Part shown: one piece after another, positions 25,736 through 39,735 of the stretch | Layout of the letters: every line of letters begins with the position of its first letter | Position numbering within the stretch: the first letter of the stretch is position 1 | Assembly (NCBI GenBank): GCA_043228905.1 | Contig: JBHGNT010000001.1 | Location: forward strand, 36,518,001 to 36,582,000 | DNA length: 64,000 bases | Source of the DNA: Azolla caroliniana | Lineage: Eukaryota; Plantae; Polypodiophyta | Reading direction: 5' to 3' | The notes under the pieces: model-generated | Told to the model about the DNA's origin: nothing | Database searches by the model: none | What the model saw: the letters and a program-made list of their open reading frames with translations, nothing else | Translations under genes and position numbers: made by a program

Positions 25736-26394
25736 AACTTGAGAGAGAGAGAGGGAGAGAGGGAGAGAGAGAGGGTTGTACCCGAACGTGTACATGTTTC
25801 AAGAGTTGATTAGATTAATATGCTCATTGTATTGAGGGCCAAACCGTGAGAATGTTGATACCTCTCCTTCATCCATTTGCTACCTCGAAATCCAATGCGG
25901 GGAATTGTTTATGAAATTTAACACTTTGTAAAAGTAGTCGAGGAAAACATTTTTTACGCCTATGATATGATTATTTAACACGTGTTTCATTTTCCAAAAT
26001 TGAATGATTGTGACACATTAGTTCTCACAATATCGCAGTTGAACAATGCTCTAAAATATTTCACTTTATACAATCATTTATACAATTTCCTATCGTTTTC
26101 ACATTGGTTTACCATTTTCCATTTTACACACCATTTCTTTAGTCAACTTTTCTTCTAAGATTGTGATAATCTCTCATATAATTTGGTTTCGAGACACTTA
26201 GATACGTCAATATTACTCTATGGAACCTAAGTCTTTTACTCAAAAACCTTGTTGATTGATGAATGGTGTGTCCCAAGTACTTCATGTAATTTGCAACAAG
26301 TGGAAGATCATCCATGTACTATATAGCTACTTAGTGACAATGTAGGGAAGCTTCCTAATCCAATTTCATTTCTATTGGATATTAGAGATTTATT

Positions 26395-26700
26395 GGACTT
26401 TCTTGATTTTCTATCCGTTATAAGTTCTCCTTTATACTTCTACAAACATCTTTTTTGATATTGCATGAAACCATTGCATAACTAGGTTGCTTGGGATAAT
26501 GACTTTTTGTGAGTGAAAAGCACTGCTTAGTAAAACAAGGAAAAAATATTTCTTCTTTCTTGATTTTCTATCCATTATAAAATCCTTTGTGACCCCTCTC
26601 CACTCTTCTTTGGTGTAAAAGCTCTACATTTCATTGTCTCACTATTGCGTGAAAACCATTGCATAGCAAGATTATTTGGGATAATGACTTTTTGTGAGTA
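26395..26700. repeat. Diverged direct duplication, two copies
   Basis: ttcttgattttctatcc.ttataa and aaaccattgcata...ttgggataatgactttttgtgagt each occur twice. Confidence 0.75.
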
Positions 26701-27426
26701 AGAAATATGCACTGAGCTCATCCTAATTCATCTTCATTTCTTGTTAGGTAATACCACTTTAGTAGAATTTCTTAGTTTTCTTCACCATCAAATATTTGTG
26801 GGTAGAGAACACTTGTAGGTTCATTCATAACATTTGTACCTTCTTAATTTGTGATTGTCTTTTGAAAAATCGGTATTTGGTTATGATGGGATCACAAGCT
26901 TAACATTTTTGCATTTTGCATCCTTCTTATTGTCTTCCTCGTCATGCCATTTCACACTGTAGAGGGGCCAAATGGGTTCATTTGAAGAGGATGTAATTAT
27001 ATGCATTGATATTGAATATCACTAACCATGGAAATTGGGATCTCAAAGCGTGAGGGTTGTAGAGATGATACTTGTTAAGGGAAATAGTGTGTTATTCTTT
27101 GGTTTTAATACCCTCTCAAGTCATAATACTTCCAATCTAGAATATTGTTCATATGCCAAATTTATGCAAGAAACACACGTTTTATACTCGTAAGTTTCGT
27201 GGAACTATCATTCATTAGGTGCCAATACCTAATGCTAATGGCTTGTTATAGTGTGAAAAGACCCTTTAGGGCTTCTAACTTATTTAAAAGAGCAAGACCT
27301 AAACCCACTTTCCTCCATATAACTTTTCTACACTAATGGATTAAGATACACATGTTTTTTACTTAGCATTAATCTATTTATTTCATGGGACATCTCATAA
27401 ATTTATTATGCAATAACTATCTATCT

Positions 27427-27550
27427 TATTAAGACATACACATATTCTTAATTGGTGTGGTGATTAGATTTGTGTAGTAGTTATGATCTATTTTATTAAG
27501 ACATACACATTTCTTAATCGTTGTGATGATTAGATTTGTGTTAACGTTAT
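27427..27550. repeat. Tandem duplication, about 66 bp unit, two copies
   Basis: ttattaagacatacacat.ttcttaat...gtg.tgattagatttgtgt occurs twice. Confidence 0.8.
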
Positions 27551-28743
27551 TAGTTTAACTTAAGAAGCCATCGAGGCTTCCATGGTAGTTGTATGAAGTT
27601 AAAAGATAAGTGCTTTTATTTGTCTTAAGTATGGTGTTGTCTTTGCCATTGGGAAGTGACACCATGCTCCCTTGGGCCTTGGTTAACCCACCATGAGGAT
27701 GACAACCTCTCCCTTTCTCTCTCAAAAACAAAAATACAACCATTTATGTACATATATAAGTCGTTGCTTTTTGTGCAACCATAGATAATATAATAAAATA
27801 TTAAATAGTGCATGAATTAAATGAAATCACTCTCTATGTATTTACTCATTAGGTCAAATTACTTTGTCTCTTGCAAAAGGATTACTCTATTCTTACAATA
27901 TATCATGCATGGGATCTATAGGATTCACTTGTTGTGTTTGACTCTCGAGTGTATGTACCCGATGGCTAAGAAAAAACCGTGAAGATTTTAATTGAGATTG
28001 AGGAGCATTAGTATGTGTAAGAAACCATTGACTTGGAGGTAGACTATGGTGTCATTGTATGGGTTAGATAAGACGCAAGTTTGCCCCAAAGATGACATCG
28101 AGTGCTTATTGAGTGCCAAAGATTGTGTGAGCATGCATAACCATCATGCATGTTACAACCAAATCTTGTGTGATGAAGAAATGTCGGGCCTACATTATTT
28201 ATCCCTTACTTAAATATCTATGGACTTTTGGTACCTTAGGGATGTTAAGGCCATTGAGTCCTTTGGGATAAGAGGTGATTGTGAGGCATCCCTTGTGTTT
28301 GGTTCATTTAGGATTACATTTTTTTACGTGTCTATACAGGTGGTCCAAGATTGCTCATGCAAGATTCCACATGTTTGAAATTCTTGATAAATAGAACCAC
28401 TTTAATACATCACTCGTATATAGTTGGGTGGTTTATGAAGCCCCGGACCCCTACATTATCGTGTTATTTGTTTGTCTCATTAATTATGATTCAGGAGACT
28501 CTAAAACCCTTTTATCTCTCAAAAAACATATTTGTCTCAATAAAACCTTGTCTAACCCTCCAACAAATTTAATCTGTTGAAAACCTTTCTCCAGTCTCAC
28601 TTACCAATCGTCATTTCTCAAACACGTTTCTCAGCCTTTTCTCATCTCCATAACTCTTTTTCTTAACATTTTTTCGTCTCGTTAACCCCTTTAAATCTCT
28701 CAAAAACTCTTTTTAATCTATAGAGCGCTTCTCTTTCTCTGTA

Positions 28744-28878
28744 TTTGGTGAAAACACATGATTATATTAAAAAATATGTGTTTACACTAGAATGGTACTA
28801 CGACTAAGTGCTATAATTACTGCATCGAGGAAATAATTTTTACTCGCTTCAATAAAGAAAAATGCCACAGTTCATACT
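28744..28878 (-). mobile_element. Short 3'-terminal fragment of the subfamily-A LINE
   Basis: tttggtgaaaacacatgattatattaa...aatggtactac...aataaagaaaaatgccaca aligns with the copies at 5893 and 59791. Flanked by ctctttctct and ctctctc. Confidence 0.75.
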
Positions 28879-31679
28879 CTCTCTCAAACCCTTTTCAATT
28901 CCCCAACCCCTTTCTATATCTCTAGAACTTTTTTGATCTCTTGAATGCCTTTTTCTCTCTTTGAAAACTCATTTCTCTTCGTCGATATTTATGTAATTTT
29001 ATATGCACAATGATTACTCTATACTATCTCTCTTATACATATCACTTGTATGAAACCTCGCATATATTGGGTGTCCTATCATCTATGGATGTTCAAAAGA
29101 CTATATCTACACTTGGAACTAGATGGATATAGTGTGGGTAAATGTTATGGCACTAATTGTGATCTTATATACAGAGAGATGCTTGCAATCATGGATGACC
29201 TATGTGATTATTTCAAGATGAATGGTTGGAATCGTCATAGTTGTTGCACTTAGAGCTTTTAGGTTCTTTAGGATTAGTTCTAATGTAGCATGTCATATAT
29301 TAATAAAAATGATCTAGGAGGAGTGAACTCTACAAGAAACATGGCCAAATAGGAGAAGATATTTAATTTGAAGAATAAATGAGAGCAATAAACATGTGAG
29401 GTTTCATGAAAGAAATAATAAAGGGACTTGTGGTGTGCCATGATTTCCATAAATTTGGATGTGTTTGCACAAAGGATCAATATGTTGTGATTGACCTTGT
29501 TGCACCATATATATCCAATGTAATTGAATGTGTGGAAGAGAATCTATCCATACATTGGGGTTGATTTTTATTCAACACTTGTCTTATGTATTAGACAATG
29601 GTGTTAATGTTGATATTTTGTTAGCATCCACTTGTTTCAGGGCCATGTAAATGTATTAATGCGACACTTGTTTTTGGCAAGTAGCACATGAACTTAATTA
29701 AAGTACACTTGCACACATATCTTTACTAGAAAGACGATGGCCAACATGAAAAGAGAAGATCAAACATGATTAATGTATGGATATATTATCCTACAAGTAA
29801 AGTCATAACAATATGGTATCTCCCTACCTTATGTAGTTAAGGGCCCTAAAAAAACGTTTCACTCTTGAGAGTTGATAGGGTATGTTTATTGATTGGGACC
29901 TTCAACCACAAGAATACTCGGACGGAGAATCATGCACACTTAGAACTTGAGAGCATGGGTAAACACTATTGACAAAATTTATGTTTGTGTGAGCATGTGT
30001 GATGGTGATAAATTGTTGACCAAAGGTGTTATATTTAGATGCAATGTATTTGAACATCATGAACATAATTTAGCCTTGCATATTCTTGATGGAGATAAAA
30101 TAGAGATTAAGTACTACAATATAAATACTATAATAACAAATTCAACTCATTACTCTAAAATAGAGATTGAATATATTTAATTATGCAAATGTGGATGTTT
30201 ATTAATAAAGTTTAGACATAATTTTGGGAACAACCTTGATTTGTTTGAATGTACGGATGTATCCAATATTCAATTGTGACTGCCTTGAGAATTGTGTTAT
30301 AGAGGGAGAATACCTTATAATTATCATGTAAAATATAGAACTCGCATCATATGCAATCCATCACCACGGGAATGTAGAGAAATGCAACTCAACGATGTAA
30401 TTCGTTTTTCTTGTTTGGAACCCCATGAATATCATTAATTTAATTATTCTTGATTGTTGTGGTAGTATCACAATGTAAGTAGTGTAGTCTAAGAAACAAA
30501 ATTAGATTGTTAGAAAACCTTGAAATAATTGTGATCCTTTATTTAATAGGTCCATATAATATGCACATTAACCAAATTTTGGCATAACAATGTTATATTT
30601 GTCAAATTCTCCTCCATACATTATGAAAGAAATAGAGTTTGACAAACATGATAGAGGAGCCCTTCTACAAGTTCCAATACAAAATATAGTCGAGAATGGC
30701 TACATTAACCTTTCATCGATGTGGTAGATGGTATTGTTGCTATCCGAAATCTTCTACAAGGAGCATGGATTTGGCAATCACACCTTCTCATGTCACATAT
30801 ATCACATCCACCAGCTAAATATGCATGCTAACATGTTTAGAATTAATTTACCGAATGAAACACGATCTTGCATTCATATATCTTATTCATAGTGAATTTC
30901 TGAGTACTTATTATTCCCTCTAGAGATATTAATGCATATGTCAATGTTTGCTTTTGTATGTCCTATTACCTTATGATGTTCACACGAACCATGGATCCTT
31001 GAAGCATGTATTTAAGACGAAAGTATTTGATCACTTCCCATTCGGATTGATCTTTTGTCCATTCATGTTGCCAATATTCATCTTTTAGTTACCAATCACT
31101 TCAAGATGTCCACTTTCGTGTTCATATATAATCAACAAGATAACCTTTTGTGATCCCATCATTTAGGATAATTCAAGCATCTTCTACAAATTAAGGGACA
31201 ATATAATGAAACATGTCAAAGTCACCCAAGTGAGTTTGAGGGAAGTATGGATTCCAAGCTATTGGCAATGAACTTGACGGATTTTGAAGTTGTATATTCA
31301 TGTATTGAGAAATGGATTGTAATAGGTTCATCATAGAAGCTCTTCATGATTTTTATTTGAGATTGTGAACCATAACAATACTCTCCTAAAACAACGGCTT
31401 TACAATATCGACATTGAAAATTTTCTCCAAGACACGTATTGAAAACGATTGGATTGTCCCAATGGCAATGGTAACAAACATGAAATATGTGATAGAAAGG
31501 AAGCATTTGATTTGGACAAGTTCTTGTTGTCAAAGCCATTCATTCGTGAACTAACTCAATTGCATTGACATGTTAGAACGTTGCTATTACATAGCATGTG
31601 TAGGAAAGAAGTCCACTACATCATGTGTGCTGTAGAGGGAAGGTAGAAAGAAGTTGAAGAAGACATCATCAACAAAATA

Positions 31680-32350
31680 AGCATGAAAAGGATAGCTCTC
31701 TTCCAAACAAGAAACTTGATGAAACCAACTTTGGAAAACAAAAGGATCCAATTCCTTGTTGAACAACAATATTGGTGGTACATTGATGAAGTTTCGAAAA
31801 ACATGCCAAAAACGGCACACATAAACGACAATAGTTTGAAGCAAGGAATAAGTTGCTTGATGTAATATCGCCTAGTGACGTGTATGAATGATGACATGCT
31901 TAGCTAGTGCTAAACATGAAGACATCGAAGAACGGGTTAGGAAGTCTAAACAATATGTTAGAAGCTAGTAGGCATGAGCACAAGCTTCTACTTCAACGAG
32001 AGTGAAACAAAATACAACAAAAGAGTATATGTTTATCAAGAACTATACTCAAAAGATTAAGTCCCTTTGTAATCCTTTTTCCTCAATCAAAGTGACGATC
32101 AATGAAGCGGTGATGGTGCAAATATTCCTCAATGATCTTTTGCAACAAATCGGTTCATTGATAGTCATTATCATCAAAAGAGACGAGCCTCGTCATTCTT
32201 TGACATTCAATTGATGCTATCTTCATCAACAAAAACCATGATAGGACTATAAATCTTGGGTTGGAAAGCCAAATATTGAACTTTCACTCAAACAATGGTC
32301 ATGATTGAGGAAGAGGAAGAATTTCAATCAACAATCGGAACATCAAGTTG
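31680..32350 (+). mobile_element. Degenerate Ty1/copia gag remnant
   Basis: KKLDETNF (about 31710) and YTQKIKSLCNPFSSIKVTINEAVMVQIFL (32002-32214) resemble copia gag/UBN2 regions. Frameshifts and stops present. Confidence 0.55.
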
Positions 32351-32797
32351 AACTTTGCCGTGTTTGCCAAAGGGCAAAAGATCATGTCAAATTGACCACA
32401 TCAACTTATAAAAGTTCTGGACGATGCAATCATGTGGAGACATCGACGAACTCTCGAACTTCATAGGAAAACTTGAGTAAGAGAATTCAAGTTAGAATCC
32501 AACAACGCGTGATATTCAGTGAAGAAGCCATTATATAGAGGGTCTCAAAAATTACATTATATTCGACTAGCATTGGATTTCATGTATCCAAATCAAAACA
32601 ACTCACACCATGTAACAATAGAATCCAAGATTCATCCTCATGTATGTCAACAATCAAGTAATTGGAGGAGGGGACATGCTTGCCAAACAGAAAGTGAAGG
32701 CGCCATAAGTTGCTAGATCAAGACGATGGATAAGATGCAACTTAATCATGAACATGCTTGATAAAAACTTAAAGTGACAATTTACAAATGATCTTTG

Positions 32798-32838
<41 letters not shown>

Positions 32839-34405
32839 ACACACACATGTGGCAATTAGGTGTCAATAATATACGAACTACCTACACACATACATGTAGT
32901 CTAGTAATTCACAAATAAACAGACACACATGTATACACATAAACGGGGCCGGGTGTTAATAACAATATAGGTGTATGTATGTATGTATGTGTAGGCACAT
33001 GCATTCCGGTAGTATGCATTGACACACATGAAGTGAGATTTGGATAAATGGTTGGTTTGTGATTGAAAAGAATTGAATAGGTGTAAGGCTCCAAACGAAA
33101 GGTTTGGAATTTTGGAGGGTACAAAGCAATAGGAGATACGAAAAATACGTATGTATGTATAGAAGCTATGAATACAATACGTACATACGCACACGCATAC
33201 GTATACGTATACGAAAGTCTTCTCTCTTTCCCCGCAACCTCAGAGCATTATTTATCTTCTTCTCCCCATTTTTCCTTCTCCTTCTTCCTCTTCTACTTCT
33301 CTGAAGCATCAATCAAACAGAAAAGATAAGGTATTTTCTATTTTCTCTCTCCTGCCTTTTTTCTTCCTCTCCTTGTTTCTGCTTAAATCTCTGTTTTTTT
33401 TCCATCTTTCTTTTTTGGGGGGTTTCCCTCTACTTCTTCTGTTCTCTCTTTTGTTGATAGAACCTGCCGATTTTTTTCCATTAAAAGGTTTTACGGTAGA
33501 AACATCTTTTTCAAGGTTTTCCTGGATCATTTTACTAGTTTTAATGGAGAATTTTTTCACAAGGTTCAAATGGAAAATTTTCATGTTTTGAAGTGGAGGC
33601 GAGACTTAATAAGTTTTTAAGGGGGGATTCTCACAAGGTTTAAGGGTAATCTCTGCAAGTTTAGTTGCACTTTTACAAAGTTTAAGAATTAATCGACAAA
33701 CCTTAAGGGGGGATTTACAAGGTTTAAAGAATATGTAAATTAATATAAAGTTTTATAAAATGTAAGGGCTATGTACAAATTATAAGGAAAATTTTTACAG
33801 GATTAAGGGGAAGGCTTAAAAATTTCAAGGAAAAAACTTACCAATACAAGGGAAACTTGTACAATTTTCAGGGAAAATTCACAAGGTTCAGTTAAAATCA
33901 TAAGCTTTCTAGGGTTTCATGACGTTTTTATTGAAATCTCTTTGATAAAATGGTCTTTTGGGGTCTCATTTGTCTAAAACAAAGATGATAAATTTCGGTC
34001 AGTTTTAAGAATGTGGGCTATCTATTCTAACAGAGACATTTGTTATTTTCTTAATACATAGTTAATAGGATTTTTATGAATAGGTATTGGCGGTGATATT
34101 AGAAACTGGGAATATTTTAAGGATTTTCTTTTGTCTGGATGGTCTCAGATCGTTCTTAACTTTGGATAAGAATAATCAGACGCTTTATGTGCAAAACAAT
34201 GTTATGAAAAGATATTAGGAATTATATATCCTCAAACAAATCGAAAACTATTCCGTGGTAATGAAGATGGAACTCTTCATAGCAAAAACTGAGAAACATT
34301 GGTAGGATTTCTACTTCTGAGGGTATCATTATGTTTATTATTGTCTACAGCAAGAGAGATTTTTGGGCTATTCAAGAATGACCTTAAATCTTAAGAGAAA
34401 GGGAA

Positions 34406-34495
34406 ATGGAGCCAAAATTTGAAGCTACGTACATGCCCGAACAATCTTATGGATGAACTATTGTTGCTGGGTTTATGTCAGAATCTTGACAACAT
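34406..34495 (+). pseudogene. Decayed duplicate of the first coding exon of the ATI3-like gene
   Basis: MEPKFEAT..MP versus MGPKTEAVIHP, and LCQNLDNI versus MYQKLEDI. Contains a stop and a frameshift. Confidence 0.55.
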
Positions 34496-35091
34496 TGATA
34501 GGGTTTTTTAAGAAACTTTTGTCAGTTTTTATTTTGCTCCCCAGATTCCCTTAGCAACCCCGTCTTGAGTAATAATACGTGTTTTTCTCTTTTTTGGGGT
34601 TTGTTCGGAGCATTAGGGAAACAACCAAAGTCTAGTCATATCTGTGGAAATAAATAGAAACTCAAGTCTATTTCTCAGTCTCACTATGCTTATCTTAGAT
34701 AACATTAGCTGGTGGCTTGTGGCCATCTATTTTGTTTTGCTAAAGTTAGTGTATGGACTAAGATATTTCAGCTGTTGAAGTATGCGTCATAAAATTTCAA
34801 AACAAGGCAGGTGGAAAAAAACCAATGGGTCTGCAATTGGAATCTGTAGAACATTGATATTATGCAAGAAGCTATCTGGGATAGAAACTGAAAGCGTGAC
34901 ATTATGTTCTTTTCTTGTTTTGAAAGTAGTATGTTTTTGAGTCTCAGATTGGTTATCTAGGGTATGAATAATTGTGGTTCCTGGGATTTTTCTTTGCTTG
35001 TAGAAACCATTTCATTTTCCAAGTTGTATTATAGGCTGATTTTGTTTTGTGGCTGCTGAAATATAGCTTCACAAATCTGCAGAAAAAAGCA

Positions 35092-37820
35092 ATGGGTCCA
35101 AAAACGGAAGCAGTAATACATCCAAACATCCCTACAAAGGAGCTTTCTTGGATTGATCGTATGTACCAGAAACTAGAAGATATATGTGTCGAAGTTGATA
35201 GGAACCCGTCATTATTGATACAGGTATAACCATATTTTTGCATGAACTTTTCTTGAGACAAAGGCTAATGAACTTCTTGTTAATATTATGACACTGATCA
35301 GGAAACTTCGAAGTACATGGAAAACCAAATGAATGTGGTGGGGACCAATGTAAAGAAGATTTGTGCTGAACTTATTCAAGATTTACTCCCTCCAACTGAG
35401 AAGAAGTTTGATTGTCCAATACACTGCAAATGTGATTGCATAGATTCAGAAAAGCCGAAACAAAAAGGTGCTTACCCAATTACAAAAGATACAAAATGGG
35501 GAAGCGAAGGTATCGATGCTCAAGGTGTTTTTTCTAATGCTTCCCTTCTGTCAGCATCTTATAGTTTTATGCTAATTTCCATATGCACTGCTAAGCACTA
35601 GATGCGTTATTGCCTACTGAAAGAAACACATATTGATACATCATAGTGTGACATGGTCATAAAGAAACACAAATAGATATATACTAGTGTTACATGCTTG
35701 TTAAAAGACAAATACAGATGCATGATATTGTGTACTTACTCGTAAAGAAACACATCAATGCATGATAGTGCTACATGTTCATAAAGAAAAAGTTGTAGAT
35801 ACATGATACTGTTACATACTTGTCAATCCATGAAATCCATTCCATATGTAAACTGTATGGAAAATGTACGGAAGTATAGAAAAACCACCATATGAACATC
35901 TTGGAAAGACGAGATACCATGCAAAGTGAAATGCTAAGCTCGTCTTGGAAAGTGGAGTTACTGTGCAATGTGCATGATGTATCCATATGGCACTAAAAAC
36001 TCAAGTAAAATGCTAAATATAGCCTAAATAGCAATATTCACAGATATAGCTCTTTAAAGGCTTAAGCCTGATAGCTTTACTAAGAATAAAAATGAAGGTT
36101 TCAAATCTGAATCATACACATACATATTTCTTTAATGAACCGTCTATACTGACATCAATATACCAAACATGTTTCTTAAGATTAATACCCTGATTCATGT
36201 TGATCTAGCTTTTGTTTCCATCTATGATATGCACTGTTCATTTGCTCTTTCAGTTTCCTCTTCCACCTTTTTTCTTAAACTTGTGAAAATCTTTCTCTAT
36301 ACATATATTGAGAGAGAGTATACTGGAGGGAGGGAGAGAGACGTCTTTTCTGTTAGGATTTGAATGTTGAAGAAGCTGAATTTGTCTTTTTGACGTTTGT
36401 ATTTAAAATATTGAAGAGGCTAATATTCAGCATAACAATAATGCAGCAAAGGTTGAAGATAAAATGGAAGACGTGACCACAAAACAAAAGGGAATGGATA
36501 GTACAGAGTTTGATAATCTCATTAGTGTGAAGTTGGAAAAACAGGACACTGCCATTGAATGCAGTGCTATAAAGAGCAAAGAAACAAACCTCACCCAAGT
36601 TATCATTCAGACCAAAGAAATGCCTGCCGAAGGTGTTATTGATAGTGATGAAAAGAAGGTATGTATAGGAGGTCTACGAGACACTGAGAACAATGCTATA
36701 TTTGTTGATCAAGTGAGCACACCAAAACAATGCGGTAAACAAGATGGTATAAAAAAAGATGAGCATAATGGCAGCTATAAAAGCCATTGTCAAACTGTAA
36801 ACAAGAAACGTTTGGTAAAAAAGAAAATTACCCCAACCAGCAAAGAAGAGCCTGAAACGAGCACAACAAAATTTGAAGGAATGGTTCTAGATAACATGAA
36901 TGCTGTAAAGGAGAACGCAGTTGGAATATGGTGTCAAGATAGAAGCAAAATGCCACAAGATGGATTAAAAAATGCAGACGATTTACAAAGTAATTTAAAC
37001 ACTTGTATGGGAAGCAATATTCATAATTCAGATGTACGCCATGGCAGAGACAAAGATCTCTCTTTGAATGAGATGAATGATGATGTTGATGTGACATCTA
37101 GTTCTACTGAAAGCAAGTCAATTGGAAATGAAGCAGATGATCTAATGGTCACATGTGACCGTTTTTCAACTGAGCTCTGTGGAACTTCAAAGGTTTGTTG
37201 CTTCAATCTTCTTTTATAGTATCATAGATTTTAATGCCCTCCACAAAACACTCAGTAGATTCTTTTGAATCGTATAAGTTTTCTTAATGATACATATCCA
37301 AAGTAAAAATGCACACTCGATGTATTAATAACTAGAGACGGAAATTATCCTATGAGACAAATCTGGAATCTAGAGAGAGAGCATCATGTAAATGCCTAAT
37401 GATGGATATGTAGGGTGAATGTACATGCAATACATTTTCTTTATAAGTAGAGGACTGGATGCGATCTATTATTACTTCACAGTAGGTCAAATTCTTCTAT
37501 TTTACAAAGCTAAAGAAATGTTTGTGTAGCCAATAGAATTCATGTACCACATTTAAATAACATTACTTTTTGGATTTTGTGTGAGATAGAAAGGGAGATT
37601 TTTCATTTAATTTCAGGGTCAAGATTCCATGATAGTATCAGGATTTCTTGTTGAAGTTGACAGTGGAGACGAGGAGCAATCAGCACGGTGGTTGGTTAGT
37701 GAAAGCCACATAAACATCTTCCAACACAATGACAACTCATTTCCTTTCTCATTCAGCAAATTATCTACCAAGAAGGATGATCATGCAGAAGAGTTTGAAT
37801 CGGATTGGGAACTCTTATAG
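35092..37820 (+). CDS. ATI3-like (ATG8-interacting) protein; conserved N-terminus, disordered middle, C-terminal WxxL; 4 coding exons
   Basis: Exons 35092-35223, 35302-35524, 36417-37192 and 37617-37820 are phase-consistent GT-AG. N-terminus SWIDRMYQKLEDICVEV..QETSKYMENQMNVVGTNVKKICAELIQDLLP; C-terminus EEFESDWELL*. Family assignment is from recalled similarity to Arabidopsis At1g17780/At2g31130-type proteins. Confidence 0.78.
35620..35822. repeat. Degenerate intronic minisatellite, about 41 bp, about 5 copies
   Basis: Recurring aaagaaacaca...gatacatgatagtgttacatg-like units. Confidence 0.7.
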
Positions 37821-39545
37821 CTTATCTTAAAGCTTACATATAGCAACTCTTACAAATAAGGAAGGTTTGTCTGAAACTAATCGAGTCCTAGGACCTTGTC
37901 CAAGAGTCCTTGATGCAACCTATCCCTTCCACCATATATGGAGTGGTCCATAAGAGGTTAAGAGGACAAATAATAAAGGCTAAAGTCTTGAGGATATGAG
38001 CGACCTGTATAGGTGTCGTCAATTTGAACCTTGATAATACCGTTAAAGCAATGTAAATAGCCCTCCTTCAGCGATCTCTATTCACGTAAGCCGAAGTTTT
38101 CCAACTTCACAAAAAATGTGTTTTTATAGATGCACACTCTGGAATAAAGCTCGTTAAACCTCCAATTTATGGGTTTGAAACATCTTGTTGATATAAAAAA
38201 TTAACCATGGCAAGACATGGCTTTAAAATTGATGACTTCGAGGTTTACAGCAAGCTGAGGCAAAGCTCTAGAAAATGCAAATTTGATTATGGGAAACACT
38301 TTGGTGGTATATAGTCAACATGAAATGAAGGCAATGGATTGTTCGAGTTCAAGGGATGTGATATAGGTATGGTTATCTGTAATTTCATCGTTCTTGTAAA
38401 TCATTGAGTGACTACCGCCCAAAAGTGTGCATAAGAACCTGTTGTAATTTAGGACAAAGCCTGCCTAGAACAAAAATTGAAATAAACTTCTGGATTGAAA
38501 ACATTGAAGAACTTTTTGCACCAATTTGTGTTGATTCGTAATATGTAATTGTAGAGAGTTAAAATCCATTGAGCTACTGGACAACTCTCCAAACCTATAT
38601 ATATATATATAATCGACTTAACGTATTTAAGTATAGCTACAAGTCCCAATTGTGAGGTGAATTTCTCCACTCTGTTGCATTGTATTCTCCCACTCAATAC
38701 ACATGTGATGGTAAAGGCTTAAGCAAAGGATTGAATTTTATGACATTTTCCTTCAATGGAGTGCAAAGTATCTAGAAAGAAAACTACTCAAATATTTGTG
38801 TTTCCTCTTAAGGCTAATGCAATGTTCCATAAGTATTTCAGATCATGTTAGCTGCATGGCTTTATTGTAACGGTTTTGGAAAACAACCTTACACTGAAAA
38901 CAAAACTTCCTTGACAAATGTTTCACATTATTCTAAATAACATGAATGATATTCCAGTTGTTAATGCAATCTCAAATTGAAAATAATTCTCCAAGAATGG
39001 TAGAATGGAAAGCATGTGTATATTCACACAAGAATGGTTGTAGAAAAACAAGATCAGCTTAAAATCAATGTTTATTTTAACCAATGGTATGTTATTGAAG
39101 TAATGCTTCTTATTCAAAAAAATTGAGTGATATTTGGATAAGAAAACATGGCAAAGTAAACCACTATACATAATACACCTAGATAAAGTTAAACTGCTTT
39201 TTTAATCCAAGTCACTCAATTCTATTAAATGGCTTCAAAGTTATTCCTAGGGGCTACTATGCGTCTTAAGCCCGGAAGAAATGTTTCTTATTCTAAAATT
39301 TTAGGTGAAACTTGGATAAAAAACATAGGAAAGGAGACCATTACATAGCTAGATTAAGTTGATTTGTTTCTTTTCTTATTCAATACCTTGGAGGGTTAAT
39401 CTTGCCATAAAAACCCTTAACAATGTAGTTGGGTTGATATATTTTGTTTGTATTGCCATTTCATTTTATTCTACAAAAAAAAACAAGGGAGAGAAGATAA
39501 AAGATGAAGGGCGGGGAGGGGGGGGAAGAGAGAGAGAACCTAAAT

Positions 39546-39735
39546 GGATGTAGTTGTATCTCGGGTATGGTTGCCCAATGGAGACCAAGAGGTCATGGGT
39601 TCAACCCCTACATTCCACAGTGGGATCTTTAGTGAATTAAAAGAGATACATATGTATTAGAGAGGTGAGATAATTGGGTCTTGAACCCAAGAGACATAGT
39701 GCTTGTAGTGTAACAACTTACCACTAGGGTAAGGT
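39546..39735 (+). mobile_element. tRNA-derived SINE-like element, copy 1
   Basis: ggatgtag...ttgcccaatggagaccaagaggtcatgggttcaacccctacattcc (B-box GTTCAA), then agaggtgagataattgggtcttgaacccaaga...taacaacttaccactag. Homologous to the reverse complement of 42180-42433. Confidence 0.75.

Noticed and set aside
29000-31550. Short ORFs that may be TE debris
   Set aside because: No recognisable motif that I can support.
37457-37466. GGATGCGATC, identical to the start of plant 5S rRNA
   Set aside because: The match ends after 10 nt.
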